A stretch of DNA of 64,000 nucleotides from the human T2T-CHM13v2.0 reference genome, Homo sapiens (GCF_009914755.1 NC_060927.1); one strand, 5' to 3'. Counted from the stretch's first letter, positions 26,960 through 41,334 are shown. Translations and numbers: made by a program. Notes: a model not told the origin generated them from the letters alone.

Positions 26960-27172
26960 CAATAGCCTTCGACAGGGGGCATTTTTGCCCTCCAGAGAAC
27001 ATTTGGCAATATCTGGAGACATTTTTGTTTTCTCAAATGATCTGGGGTATGCTGCCAGCATCTAGTAGGTAGATTCCAGGGATGCTGGTAAACCTCACAG
27101 TACCCAGGACAGGCCCACAACAAAGAATGATCTGGCCCCAAGTGTCAATAGTCTCAACGCTGAGAAATTCTG
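26960..27172 (+). mobile_element. MER20 (hAT-Charlie MITE)
   Basis: ACATTTGGCAATATCTGGAGACATTTTTG...GCATCTAGTAGGTAGA...ACAACAAAGAATGATCTGGCCCCAAGTGTCAATAGT. Confidence 0.88.
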
Positions 27173-27793
27173 AACCAGAAAATAGGAAACATGGTGGTAA
27201 GATTAGAAGATGCTATTTGAAAAATGAATTGAGTATATAATGTGGTTTCTGTCACAGCCGGCTTGTCTAATGGATAGTCATCCTCGTTTCTTCTCTGCTA
27301 ATTGAATCCAATATTCAGTCACTTGCAAATTGCTTAGCCTAGTGAATAAATTATAACTCGTCTAAACTAATTAGAGCAGGCCATTCTTCTTTGCTAATTA
27401 TTGGCTTAAAAGAGGACCTAAAATTTTTATTTTAAGAAAGTCCTCTAGAAATTTCCAGGAATATTGGAATCTTGATTCTATCAAAGGAGATAAATTTACA
27501 AAGTGAAAATCCTTTTTCTCTTTGTCTTTTTTTTAATTCTATTCCTGTCCTGGATTTGATTACACGAGGACACTATAGCTGAGGCTACAGCAGTTATCTT
27601 ATTAACCATGAGGTGGCAAGTCTATACGCCAAATCCAACACTAAGATTTTAGACTAGAAAGATCCTGGATTCCTAATGTTGACTTCTGTAGCCAACTCTG
27701 AGATTATGTTTGCACAGAATATGATTAATAGCTAATTATATGAAGTTGTAGCTGGATGATTGATATCAAACTAACCCTTCTATTTATAATAAA

Positions 27794-28198
27794 TGCGAAG
27801 AGGGAAAGAACAAAGCTTCCACAGCATGGAAGGTGAACCCGGCGGGTTGCCACTGCTGGCTCCAGTGGCCAGCGTTTATTCCCTTATTTGGCCCCACCCA
27901 CGTCCTGCTAATTGGTCCATTTTACTGAGCGCTGATTGGTCCATTTTACAGAGTGCTGATTGGTCTGTTTTTACTGAGTGCTGATTGGTGCGTTTAGAAA
28001 TCTTTAGCAAGACACAGAGCGCTGATTGGTGCATTTTTACAGAGTGTCGATTGTTGCATTTACAAACCTTTAGCTAGACACTGAGCACTGACTGGTGCGT
28101 TTTTACAGAGTGCTGATTTGTGTGTTTACAAACCTTTAGATAGAAAAGTTCTCCATGTCCTCACTCGACCCAAGAAGTCCAGCTGGCTTCACCTCTCA
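27794..28198 (-). mobile_element. LTR12 (ERV9, LTR12F-like) LTR, 3'-truncated
   Basis: Minus strand starts TGAGAGGTGAAGCCAGCTGGACTTC; tandem GCTGATTGG (CCAAT) units; ends near the LTR poly(A) signal position. Confidence 0.9.
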
Positions 28199-28273
28199 AA
28201 ATTATCAGGCATGTTATAACAATAATATACTAAAAGCTGAAGTCCTAGAAAAAAATTAACAGACAATAGATAA

Positions 28274-28619
<346 letters not shown>

Positions 28620-28639
28620 ACAAATAAGTTTTAATATAT

Positions 28640-31050
28640 CTATTACTAACATGTGAAAAAGATAAAACAACTTATTAGAGGACTGTAACCTATAATAAAC
28701 AAACATATAAAAAAATGAGAACTTAAAAGTACAATAACTCAAATAATTTAATATATGCATTAAAGGCATTTGTATATGTCCAGAAAGTGGTTTAGTATTC
28801 CAAAAGATAAAAATTTAATACGTGTAAAACAATACAATTTGTAGTGCATAGAAAAAAGGGTTAATAAATCCAAAGAAAATACATGAAATGCAATACAAGT
28901 TATGAAAAAATTATTACTGTACATTCAATTGTAATATTACTACAGAAGTTAAAAAGAATGAAGCAAAAGCAATATTTGAAGAGATACGGTCTAAGGATTT
29001 CCAAAAGTGTAGATGATATCAAGCCACAAATTCAAGACCTGCTTTAAACACTGAAAATGATTTTTAAAAAATTAAAAGTCCTGGAAACCATCATTCTCAG
29101 CAAACTATCGCAAGGACAAAAAAACCAAACACCACATGTTCTCACTCATAGGCGGGATTTCAACAGTGAGAACACATGGACACAGAAGGGGAACACCACA
29201 CACCGGGGCCTTTTGTGGGGTGGGGGGAGGGGGGAGGGATAGCATTGGGAGATATACCTAATGTTAAATGACGAGTTAATGGTTGCAGCACACCATCATG
29301 GCACATGCATACATATGTAACTAACCTGCACGTTGTGCACATGTACCCTAAAACTTAAAGTATAATAAAAAAAAATTAAAAGTCCTAGAAACATTATAAT
29401 AAAACTGTTTAACTATAAAGGAAAAGGGGCATCAGGGTAATGTTCAAAGCAGCACCAAATTAAGAAAAGATATGTTCCTTTAAAAGGAATAGCAATAAGT
29501 CTGACAGTTGATTTATCATCACAAACAATGTAAGACAAATGACTTTGGGATCACATCTAAAAAGTGTAGGAAAAAGACTGTCAATCTAGATAGAATTTAA
29601 TACACAGTAAAAATATCTTTTTAAAATGAAGAGTAAATATATATTTTTGGACAAAAATAACTCTAATATATCCAAGAAGATAATAAAACCTTTTCTAAAT
29701 TTGTGTCTACTTACTACAGCAGAATTAGAATGTATAAAACAAAACAAGCATAATTAAATAGAAAAAAGTTGCATTCATAACTGAAGCTGAATATCTTAAA
29801 ACATGACTTTCCATAACAAAAAAATCCTATAATAAATGAGGAGATATACAAGAGATTTGAACTATACAACTAACAACATTTATGCAACTGGTTTAAATGG
29901 AACATTGTACTCAACAATCACAGAATATATTATTCTTTCAAATCTCAAAAAGATCACATAAAAAACTCTTACAAATAAAAAATTAGTAAAGACAACCAAT
30001 ACGAAGTGGGAAAATACTTAAAGAAATACTTCGAGAAGTACTAAAATGTCAATTACTATATGAACATATACTCAACTTTTTATTAATAAAGTCCAAATCC
30101 ACAATGAAATTCCATTATGCATTTTCTAGAATAGATAAAGTTAAAAACACAGATATTAGAAGAAAATGATTGGCATTGTGAAGTAACTATAACATAAACC
30201 TGTATGAAGGTAAAATTGGTTCAGATAAACTAAACCAAACCAAACCAAACCCAAACAAATAAAAAACACTGCCAAAAACTCTTTAGCATTACCTTCTAAT
30301 GCTGAATGTACACAAAACCTAAGATTCAGTGATTCCATCCATGGGTCTATATTTAACATAAGTATACCCACATAAACAACAACATGTATACAAATATGTA
30401 AACATTATTAGCAATAGCCTCAAACTGAGAATAACCCAACGTACTTTTAAAATTTGATATATTGATTCTGGTTTTGTCTTCCATGACCGCCACTTTCTGA
30501 ACTCCTTTCCCTATTCCTTGTGTTGCTGATCATGAGGGTTTATTTTTACTATCAAATTATTCAGATGAGTTAATGTGACTCTAGAAAAACCAGAAGCCTC
30601 TATGGTATACCATAGATGCTGATAATAAGTAGCATCAAAAGTAGAATGGAAAAATACACTGTACTATTTTCATAGAATGGCATATTATACAACAGTTAAA
30701 TGAACAAATCGCTGCTTCATAGAGGAACATAGATGGAGCTTATAGACATTATAGTTGAATGAAAGAAGCTAGAGACAAAAAAAATTAAAAAAATTCATTT
30801 TATTTATAAACATTCAAAACAGACAAAACAAATAGAAAATTTTAATTGTATGTTAATAATAGAATTCAGAATAGGGGTTATCTTTCTAGATAGGGGTTAC
30901 AGAATAGGGGTTACATTGGGATGGGTACCTGAAGGAAGCTTCAAAAATTTGGGTACCCGTCTATATTTTGATGTGGTTACACAAACATATTCATTCTGTA
31001 AAAATATATCAAGCTGTAGGCTCGAGATTTGTGCATTTTACTTATAAACA
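28640..31050 (+). mobile_element. Degraded old L1 (L1M/L1ME) fragments
   Basis: A-rich; ORF1-like motifs (AGCAATATTTGAAGAGATA, GTAAAAATATCTTTT) and 3'-end motifs (AATAGCCTCAAACTG, GTTGAATGAAAGAAGCTAG). Confidence 0.6.
29081..29372 (+). mobile_element. Young L1PA (PA3-PA5-like) 5'-truncated insertion
   Basis: ORF2 end, G-rich 3'UTR, ACCCTAAAACTTAAAGTATAATAAAA; TSD AAAAAATTAAAAGTCCT at 29066-29082 and 29370-29386. Confidence 0.95.
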
Positions 31051-31389
31051 TATTATTCTTCAATTTAATGATTACCATCAACGTATTTATAAATTTTCTG
31101 TAACTTGTATTCATAACTTTCCAGCATATAGATGTTGAATAGCATATTAGCAGCAATGCTACTGTGTGCAATGTTAAATTCTAGAAGTCAAATTGTCATG
31201 GAAGTAACATATTTATGACTTTATTTTAGACAGCTAAATCGTTAGTTTGTAGAATGGATTGCATGGTGCAATTTTTCTGGCAGAGGGATTACTTGGAGAT
31301 TGATCTCACTGAATGCTCAATGATTCCCTTGTAAAATTAACAATGGCTTATTTCTCGGTTTGGAATAATACAGTGATTTACATTGTAAA

Positions 31390-31970
31390 TGTCCCTCAGT
31401 CAAGAATCACCCAGGAACTTATATAGTTGAATAAATTGAGTTTACTATTGATAGCAGTGAGGGAGAATATACACCATAGAGAACCATGGGGCATCCCAGA
31501 AGGACAGTCTTAAAAAGAATTTGTTGTAGAGTTTTTGATTTGGTTGGATAAATGTGGGGCTTTGCTGTTGATTGGGTGTTGTCAGAAAGTGGCTTCAACT
31601 TTATAACCAGGAATTCAATAAATCTTATCTATAGGGAGAGGTAATCAGAACAAGAATGAACCTGTGATTACGTGAGAAGTAGTAGTCACTACTACTTTAG
31701 TGAGGGAAAGGAATGTTTGGTATTTTATGGGCTGCACATTGATCTCATTTTTTCTCTTTTTCATGATCACAGAGTGACTTCATTTGCTATAGCTGTTCTG
31801 TAATATTGCTTATGTCCAACAGTATGACAATATTATATACCTGTAAGCCTCATATCACTTTGGAATAACATTGAAGCCTACCTGTGAATGCTAGATCAGT
31901 TTATAATAATACATTTAATGTTGAGATCTAGCTGTGAGGACAGTTCTCCAACATCAGGGGCTCTTATTAT
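31390..31970 (-). mobile_element. Ancient LTR (MER76-like, tentative)
   Basis: GCAGTGAGGGAGAATATACACCATAGAGAACCATGGGGCATC resembles a remembered ERVL-type LTR consensus. Confidence 0.4.
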
Positions 31971-34900
31971 CAGCATCTATGGTATACCATACAGGTTTCT
32001 GTTTTTTCTAGGGTCTTGTTCATTCATTGGATTAATTTTATAGTAAAAATAAGCCCACATGATTAGCAACACAAGGAAGAGGGAAAGGATTTCAGAAAGT
32101 GGTGGTCATAGAAGACAAAATCAGAATCAATATATCAAATTTTAAGAAATGAGATGATATTAGTATACACATATGTATAGATATAATGAGAAAAAACAAT
32201 TATGTCTGTATTCTTCACTCTACATAAAAATGGGACCAACATACCCACATTTTGTTTGTAAAGAACAGTAGAAAGAAGATGTTTTGTATTCTTCCACAGA
32301 AAGCCTGAATGGAGAGATTTACTAGGAAAGGTGGACACAGCAGCAATAGAACAGGGGAAGGGAAAACATTCTCAAGATAGAGCTGCTAATTTAGGGGGAC
32401 TCATTTTGAGAAAAAGGGTTTCCATCTAGTTTCAGTTTAGCATAACATCATAGAGCCAACCAAATTTGCAAGTCTATGTGGATTTGGAAAAACTAATACA
32501 TGACTAAACTTTGTAGATTAAAAACAAGAAGGATCTTTTCCAACTGTTTGAATCTTTTAAGTATGAGATTCTTACAAGAAGTAATGGAAAGCATAGGGAT
32601 AACTGAGATTGATATTTTCACCACAGTAGAATTGGTATTTTAAAGTTAGATTAAATATGATTTAGAAAAGTAGGGTTATCTTTATTTAGAAAAATAAAGT
32701 GTTTATTTTACTCTAGGTTTAAAGCAAAATAAAATCTGTAACTTACATATTTCATGATTTTTTAGTACAAAAATACCAAAATGTTCAAAAATAAAATGTT
32801 CTGTCGCTAAGCAATTCATGAATAGCACTATTAATTGTGTTGCCACCTTTATGTAGCATTGGCATCACAACAAGATTTCAGCCTTTTCTCTTTTTTTCCA
32901 ACTTTCATTTTAGATAGAAGGGTTATATGTGCAAATTTGTTACATGGGAATATTGCATGGTGCTGATGTTTGGATTACAGATCCCTTCACCCAGATATGT
33001 GAGCATAGTACCCAAAATGTAGTTTTTAAACCACCCTACCTTCTTGTAATTGATAGTCTTTATTGTTCCCATATATATGTCTGTGTGTGCTTAATGCTTA
33101 GCTCCCACTTATACATGAAAACATGTAGTATTTGGTTTTCTGTTCCTGCATTACTTTGCTTAGGATGTGGCCTCCAATTCCATCGACGTTGTTTCAAATG
33201 ACATGACTTCATTCTTTTTTTATGGCTTCATGGTATACCGTGGTTTATATCTACCACATTTTCTTTATCCAGTCTACTATTAATTGGCACCTGGGTTATT
33301 TCCATGTTTCTTACTATTGTGACTATCACAGTGATGAACATATGAACGCATGTGTCTTTTTGGTGGAATGATTTATTTTCTATTGGGTATATACTCTGTC
33401 ATAGGATTGCTGGGTCAAATGGTAGCTGTTTTAAGTTCTTTGAAAAATAACCAGAGTGCTTTCTACAGTGGCAGAACTAATCTACACTCCCACCAACAGG
33501 GTATGTTTCCTGTTCTCTGCAGCTTCATCAGCATCTGTCGTTCCTTCACTTTTTAGTAATAGCCATTATGACTTGCATGAGATGGTATATCTAACTACAG
33601 TTTTACTTTGTATTTCTCTGAGGGTTAGCGATGCAGAGCATTTTTTCATATGTTGGTTAGACACTAGTGTGTCTTTTTATGAGCAGTGTCTGTTCATGTC
33701 CTTTGCTTGTTTTTCAATAGGGTTCTTTGTTTTTTGCTTGATGATTTGTTTCAGTTCCCTATAGGTTCTAGATATAAGGCCTTTGTTAGATGCATAGCCT
33801 GCCAATATCTTTTCCCATTCTGTACGTTGGCTGTTTGCCCCGTTGATAGTTTCTTTTGCTGAGCAGACACTCGTTAGTTTAATTAGGCCCTACTTGTCTA
33901 TTTTGTTGTTGTTGCAATTGCTTTTGAGGACTTAGCCAAAACTTGTTTGCCAATGCCAATGTCGAGTACAGTATTTCCTAGGTTGTCTTCCAGGATTTTA
34001 TAGCTTGAGATCTTAAAAATTTAATCCATTTTGAGTTAATTTTTGTATACAGTGAAATAAAAGGGTCCACTTCAATCTTCTGAATATATCTAGACACTTA
34101 TCTCCGCACCATTTATTGAATATGCAGTCATTATATCATTGTTTTTGTCAGTCTTGTCAAAGATCAGACGGTTGTAGGTGTGCAGCTTTATTTCTGAGCT
34201 TTGTATTATGTTATTTTAGTCTATGTGTCTTTTTGAACGAGGAACAAGGTGTTTTGCTTACTGTGGCCTTACAGTACAGTTTGAAGTCAGATACTATGAT
34301 GCCTCTGGCTTTGTTCTTTTTGATTAGAAGTGCTTGGCTATTCGGGCTCTTTTGGGGTTTCATATTAAATTTTAGAATAGTTTTCTTCTAATTCTGTGAA
34401 GAATAATGTTGGTAGTGTGAGAGGAATAGTATTAAGTTTGTAAATTGCTTTGGGCAGTATGGTCATTTTTATGATATTGACTATTCCAATCTATGAACAC
34501 AGTATTTTTTTCATATATTTGTGTCATCTCTGATTCCTTTCAGCAGTGTTTTGTAATTCTAATTGTAGAGATTTTTCTCCTCATTGGTTAGCTATATTCC
34601 TAGGTATTTCATTTTCATTGTGGCTATTGTAAATGGGATTATGTTCTTCATTTTACTTTCAGCCTGGACATTGTTTGTGTGTAGAAATACTACTTATTTT
34701 TGTACATTGATTTTGTATCCTAATACTTGACTAAACTTGTTTATCAATTCTAGAAACTTTATAGCAGAATCTTTAAGATTGTCTAGGTATAGAAACACAT
34801 GTTTAGTGAGGAGAGATAGTTTGACATCTTCTTTTCATATTTGGATGCCTTTTAATGATTTCTCTCGCTTAATTGTCCTGGCTAGGCCTTCTAGTGCTAT

Positions 34901-35297
34901 GTTGAATAGGAGTCACGAGAGTGGGTGTCCTTGTGTTGCTTCAGTTCTTAAGGCAAATAGTTCAAGCTTTTGGCTATTCATTATAATGTTGGCTATAGGT
35001 TTGTCATAGATGGTGCTTACAATTTTGAGATATGTCCCTTTGATGCCTAGTCTGATGAGGGTTTTTATCAAGAAAGGCTGTTGGACTTTACTGAAAAAAT
35101 TGTATGCATCTATTGAGATGATAATGTGGGTTTTGCTTTTTATTCTTTTTATGTGGTGAATCGCATTTATTGATTTCTGTATGTTGAACCAGCTTTGCAT
35201 CCCAGAAATAAAGCCTACTTGATTGTCGTGTATTAACGTTTTGATATGCTACTGGATTTGATTTGCTAGTACTTTTTGTTGAGGATTTGTGTATCTA

Positions 35298-35942
<645 letters not shown>

Positions 35943-36452
35943 TTAGGACATTTCCTTTTAAATCCTTTCAATTTCACTTATCATGGCAAAAGGCCATTGA
36001 TCAGTGGCATAAACTCTGCATGAAAATAGTACATTACCAGGCATCTTAACTGTGGGTGAACAGAATTGATTTTAAACTTAAGTCACTAATTGTGGCTTTG
36101 GTGACAAAGTGAGTTAGGAATACACAGCAAAATGCCAATTCCAGATTGAGAAAAGATTGATGTATTTAAAGTCCTAACCTGTAAAGCTTCTAACTGAAAG
36201 GATCCAGCTGTTCACAGGAAAAGGCTTTTAGCACTATTGTCACAGGGATAGGACATGTTAGGGGAATTTTGTGAATAAGAGGAGCTTCACAAATTAAAGA
36301 TGTTCAACGCTTTATATCTTCCTAAAACATAAGAAAACATAAATAGAGTACACAGAAATATTAGGTATATCATTTATACCTATAATATATTTTATTTTCA
36401 ATTTTAAAGGTTTAATCATAGTGAAGAAATATTGGTTCCAGAATATAACAAT

Positions 36453-37703
36453 AGTCCAAAATCCAATAGGGCAGTCATTAAACTTTAAAGTACCAAAATG
36501 ATCTCTTGTTTGACTCCGTGTCTCACATCCAGATCACACTGATGCAAGAGGTGGACTCCCACAGCCTTGGGCAGCTACACCTCTGTGGCTTTGCAGGGTA
36601 CAGTCACCCTCCCAGCTGCTTTCACTGACTGGCATTGAGTGTCTGAAGCTTTTCCACGTGCACAGTGCAAGCTGTTGGTGCATCTACCATTCTGGGATCT
36701 GGAGGACAGTAGCCATCTTCTCATAATTCCAATAGGCAGTGCTCCAATGGGGACTCTATGTGGGGGCTCTGACTCCACATTTCCCTTCTGCAGTGCCCTT
36801 GCAGAGGTACTCCATGAGGTCTCTGCCCCTGCAGCAAACTTCTGCCTGGACATTCAGGCATTTCCATACATCCTCTAAAATCTAAGTGGAGGTTCTCAAT
36901 CCTCATTTCTCGATTTCTGTGCACACACAGGCTCAACACCACATGGAAGCTGCCAAGGGCTGGGGCTTGCACCCTCTGAGGCAATGGCCCAAGGTATACC
37001 TGGCATCTTTTAGCCATGACTGACACTGAAGCAGCTGGGATGCAGGGCCCCATGTTCTGAGACTGCACAGAGCTGGGGGACCATGGGCCCTGCCTACAAA
37101 ACCATTTTTTCTTCCTTTTCTTCCAAGGCATCTGGGCCTGTAACTGGAAGGCTGCCACCAATATCTCTGACATGCCCTGAAGACATCTCCACATTGCCTT
37201 GGTGATTAACATTCATTTCCTCGTTACTTATGCAAATTTCTGAAGCAGGCTTGAATTTATCCAATGAAAATGGGTTTTTCTTTTCTGTGGCATTGTCAGA
37301 CTGCAAATTTTTCAAATTTTTATGCTCTGCTTCCTCTTAAATGCTTTGCTGCTTAGAAATTTCTTCCACCAGATACACAAAATCATCTCTCTCAAGTTCA
37401 AAGTTCCACAAATCTCTAGGGCAGGGCCAAAATTCTGCCTGTCTCTTTGCTAAAGCTTAGCAAGAGTGACCTTTGCTTCATTTCCCAATAAGTTCTTCAT
37501 CTCCATCTGAGACTACCTCAGCCTGGACTTCATTGTCCACAGCACTATCAGCCTTTTGGTCAAAGCCATGAAACAAGTCTCTAGGAAATTCCAACATTCC
37601 AAACTCCAAACATCTTCCTGTCTTCTTCAGAGCCCTCCAAACTGTTTCAACCTCTGCTCATTATCCAGTTCCAATGTTGCTTTCACATTTTTGGGTATAT
37701 TTA
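36453..37703 (-). mobile_element. THE1/MST internal region (3' part and 3' LTR missing)
   Basis: Homologous in antisense to the THE1 internal sequence at 58122-59040; typical MaLR-int peptides (MSRQKFAAGAE). Confidence 0.92.
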
Positions 37704-37765
37704 CTTAAATTTATATCTATCATTTCTGACCACCTGAGTAAAAGTATCATGTAATATATAAATAT

Positions 37766-38102
37766 TTATCAAATATAAGGAAGCATCCAAGGAAACGGAA
37801 GAAAATTTATTGTTGAATATTAATTTTATTGTTGCTGCTTTTATTCTTGGATCAGATGTAGAGGTTTTCCTGAGCAGAGATTGGGTTTATGCAAATGTAT
37901 ACAGGGCCTAGTAGGTAACTTAAATGTACAGACAGGTATATGACAATATCAGTGTAGGAGATACTGTCAAGCTGGAAAACTCACCTGCTCCATCTTTATA
38001 AGTGGTATGGCTGTTATTTAGTTTCAGCTTATAGATACTTAAAGTATCAGTTCAATCTTGGCAAACTTTTGTATTTTTGTAAAGAAAAAGCCATAAATCA
38101 AA
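37766..38102 (+). repeat. Local ~340-bp duplication, copy inserted in the THE1 element
   Basis: Colinear, moderately diverged match to 40455-40798. Confidence 0.93.
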
Positions 38103-38156
38103 TATTTATCAAATCATAAATCACTCTTATCAAATCATAAATCACCATAAATCAAA

Positions 38157-38188
<32 letters not shown>
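38157..38188. repeat. (TATC)n microsatellite
   Basis: Directly visible. Confidence 0.95.
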
Positions 38189-38210
38189 CACACAAACACT
38201 CATAGGAGTG

Positions 38211-38596
38211 TGTATTAGTCCATTCTCACATTGCTAAAAGAAAATACCTAAGATTGGGAAATTTATAAAGGATAGATGTTTAATTGACTCATAATTCAGC
38301 ATCACTGCAGAGGCCTCAGGAAATTTATCATCATGGCAGAAGGCAAAGGGGAATCAAGGCACCTTCTTTACAAGGTGGCAGGAGGAGAAGTGCTGAGAGA
38401 AGGGAGAAGAGCCCCTTATGAAACCATCAGATCTTGTGAGAACTCACTCACTATTTTGGGAACAGCAAGGAGAAACTGCCCCCATGATCCAATTACCTCC
38501 ACCTGGTATCTCTCTTAAAACGTGGGTGTTATGAAGATTATAGGGATTATAATTCAAGATGATATTTGGGTGAGGACACAAATCATAACCATATTA
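38211..38596 (-). mobile_element. THE1D-like 5' LTR
   Basis: TGTATTAGTCCATTCTCAC...CAAGGCACCTTCTTTACAAGG...GAGCCCCTTATGAAACCATCAGATCTTGTGAGAACTCACTCACTAT...TAACCATATTA. Confidence 0.9.
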
Positions 38597-38609
38597 TTCA
38601 ATGACAATA

Positions 38610-39122
38610 TGTATTATTTAGAAGACTCCCAAGAAAGAAAACCAAATGACAAAGAGAAAAAGATAGATTTATCATGAGGAATTGACTCATGAGATGGAAA
38701 CTGAGAAGCCTCAGGATCTGCTATATGCAAGCTGCAGGCCCATGAAAGCTAATAGCGTAGTTTAAAAGTTCAAACCCACAGGCCAGAAAGCCAGGCAGCC
38801 AATGGCATAAATCCTCATCTAAATCTGAAGGCCCAAGAATCAGAAGCACAAATACCTCAGGGCAGGAGAGGGGCATCCTAGCTCAAAGCACAGAGAGTAA
38901 ACTTACCTTTCCTCCACCTTTTTATTCTATTCATGCCCTCAACACATCAGTGTTACCTACCCACATTAGTGAATGAGATCTTTTTTACTCAGGGTACACT
39001 CTGCAAAAAGAGTTCTTTTACTCTTCCAAAAGAACTCTGCAGACACATCTAGAAATAATGCTTTTCCTTCCATCTGACCCATCCCTTAGCCCATTCAAGT
39101 TTACACAAAAAAATTAACCATA
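38610..39122 (-). mobile_element. MLT2 (B/C-like) solo LTR
   Basis: TGTATTA...GAGGAATTGACTCA...TGCAAGCTG...CAGACACATCTAGAAATAATG...AAATTAACCATA. Confidence 0.8.
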
Positions 39123-40454
39123 TTTTTCTATTTTTATTTCCTTCATCTGCTACAATGCAGACTTCAAAGCACAGAAATGTTTTTCTAGTATGTATACCAA
39201 TGCATAATAAGCATACATAGTAGTACCTGGTACACTATATTCAATAAACATTTTTTGAATAAGTTTAACAAAAAAGAGTGAATAAGTATATCCTCACAGG
39301 AGATTCAGAAAGCAAGCTCATAAATACTAAGTGGAGCTTTTTCTGTATACTACCCTTTTAAATGGCAATGGTACATAAACGAACAATATTTTTTGCCTTC
39401 AAGTTTCTAATATTATAATAACATTCACATCTATAAAATTAAAAATTCTAATTCAATAGAAAATATTAATAATAATAGAGCTGCAAAAGCTCGGTTAGGA
39501 ATGAACCAAAGGTATTCCATACTAAGGGTATGATACTGATTTAGATTCTAAGCTAAAAAATGTTGCCATGGGTGATACATTTTCAAGATCACTAACATAT
39601 TTAGCAAATTTTTGGAGCATTTACAGTGAGACAGAAATTATGCTGGACTCTGGAGATGCAAAGATGAATATTACTGGATTACTGTTTTCTATATTTTGAC
39701 AATGTTTTAGCTAGTATCCTAAGTATTGATAGAATATGACATTGAGAGCATTTGAGTGACTTCTCTTGAAATTGTGCATTCTACACAGTAATAACTGAAA
39801 TTTTCAGCAAATTTATAATGTTAAACTCAGGTTTTACAGGCACAGATAAAACACACTGACATTATCTTTTAAGTTAAAACTACATGTTAATTATTTCTGC
39901 ACAGTTTGGGTAACTAATACAATTACATTTAGAAAATATATTGTTGTGTAACAGTGAAGTGTCTGAACCTTCTATGTCAGTGTTCAATAAATTGAATTTG
40001 ACATGCCCAAGGGGCTCACCAAGAAGGTGCACTCAAGGAAAGCGGACTGTTTCAGACATGACCTTGCCATTTAACAAGTCATATCAGAGCCACACAGATT
40101 AGTTCCAGTTTGTTCTCTGAGGTGAACATATTCGGGATATTAAGACTGTGGCAGTGGCTTTAAGCAATTTTGGAAAGGAGTGAAAAAACAGGAATATTGT
40201 CAACTGTCCAATTCAAAAACTATTGGCTGAATGCTTTATTTCTGGGCTATATTTGATTATCCGTATCTTCCAAAAAGAAATTACAGACACATTACAGTGA
40301 AAGACATATATGCGATCCCTGGCACATAATAGGTATTCAATAAATATTGTTGACCTATGACTGAAATAATACATGTTACACAATTGATAAAGCATACAAT
40401 AAAATAATAGAAAATAAATTAATATACCAAAGTCATAGGCTCTGGTATATTAAC

Positions 40455-40798
40455 TTATCAAATATAAGGAATCACTACAAGGGCTGAAGAAAATTTCTTA
40501 TTGGATATTAATTTTATTGTTGCTGCTTGTATTCTTGGATCAGATTTAGAGGTTTTCCAGAGAAGAAATTGGGCTTACACAAATGTTTACAGGGACTAGT
40601 AGGTAACTTAAATCTGCAAATAGACAGGTATATGACAGTATCAGTGAAGGAGATACTGTCAAGCTGGAAAACTCACTTGCCCCATCTTTATAAGGGGTAT
40701 AGCTGTTGTTTCGTTCCAGCTTATAGATACTTAGTGAAGGTATCAGTTCAATATTGCCAGACTTTTGTATTTTTGTAAAAAGAAAGCCATAAATTAAA
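40455..40798 (+). repeat. Local ~340-bp duplication, probable donor copy
   Basis: Match to 37766-38102, embedded in apparently unique sequence. Confidence 0.93.
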
Positions 40799-40825
40799 AA
40801 TTTAACTGTAACTTTTCTATACTTA

Positions 40826-40937
40826 AATGTTGACTATACACACAGACACACATACGCAGAGACATACATTTTTACTTGGGTAATGTTGACTCTACACACA
40901 GACACACATACACAGAGGCATATATTTTTATTTGGGT
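40826..40937. repeat. Tandem duplication, 2 x 56 bp
   Basis: AATGTTGACT(A/C)TACACACAGACACACATAC...TTGGGT twice, few mismatches. Confidence 0.9.
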
Positions 40938-41334
40938 AAATGTATAAAGATCAGACTATTAGATTACAACCATTGGTTGATAAATGATTTTTTTTTCTGG
41001 CATATAAAAGCATAAACAAGGGCCTACTGAGTTAACAGCTGTATATATGATGGATCTGGCCCTCCTAGAGCAGCATGTTTATTAAATTATTTTGAAGAAT
41101 AACTTTTGGCATGTCTTGTTTTATTGGTTTAATAGCTATTATTTTTCATTTTTAAACCTCATGTTATAAGCACAGATCCTTAGCATTAAATTATTACAAA
41201 TCTTAAACTCAACACCCCAATGTATAAAATAGATGTATTATTATATCTCAAATTAAAAACAGTGGAAGTAACACTGTTGTCATTCAACCTTCAAACCCAT
41301 TTTACTCTTATTATGTAGAGAAAATGCTTTAATC

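Noticed and set aside
27905-28130. Regularly spaced GCTGATTGG repeats as a CRISPR-like array
   Set aside because: Intrinsic LTR12 U3 CCAAT repeats; spacers are themselves repetitive, no cas genes, primate DNA.
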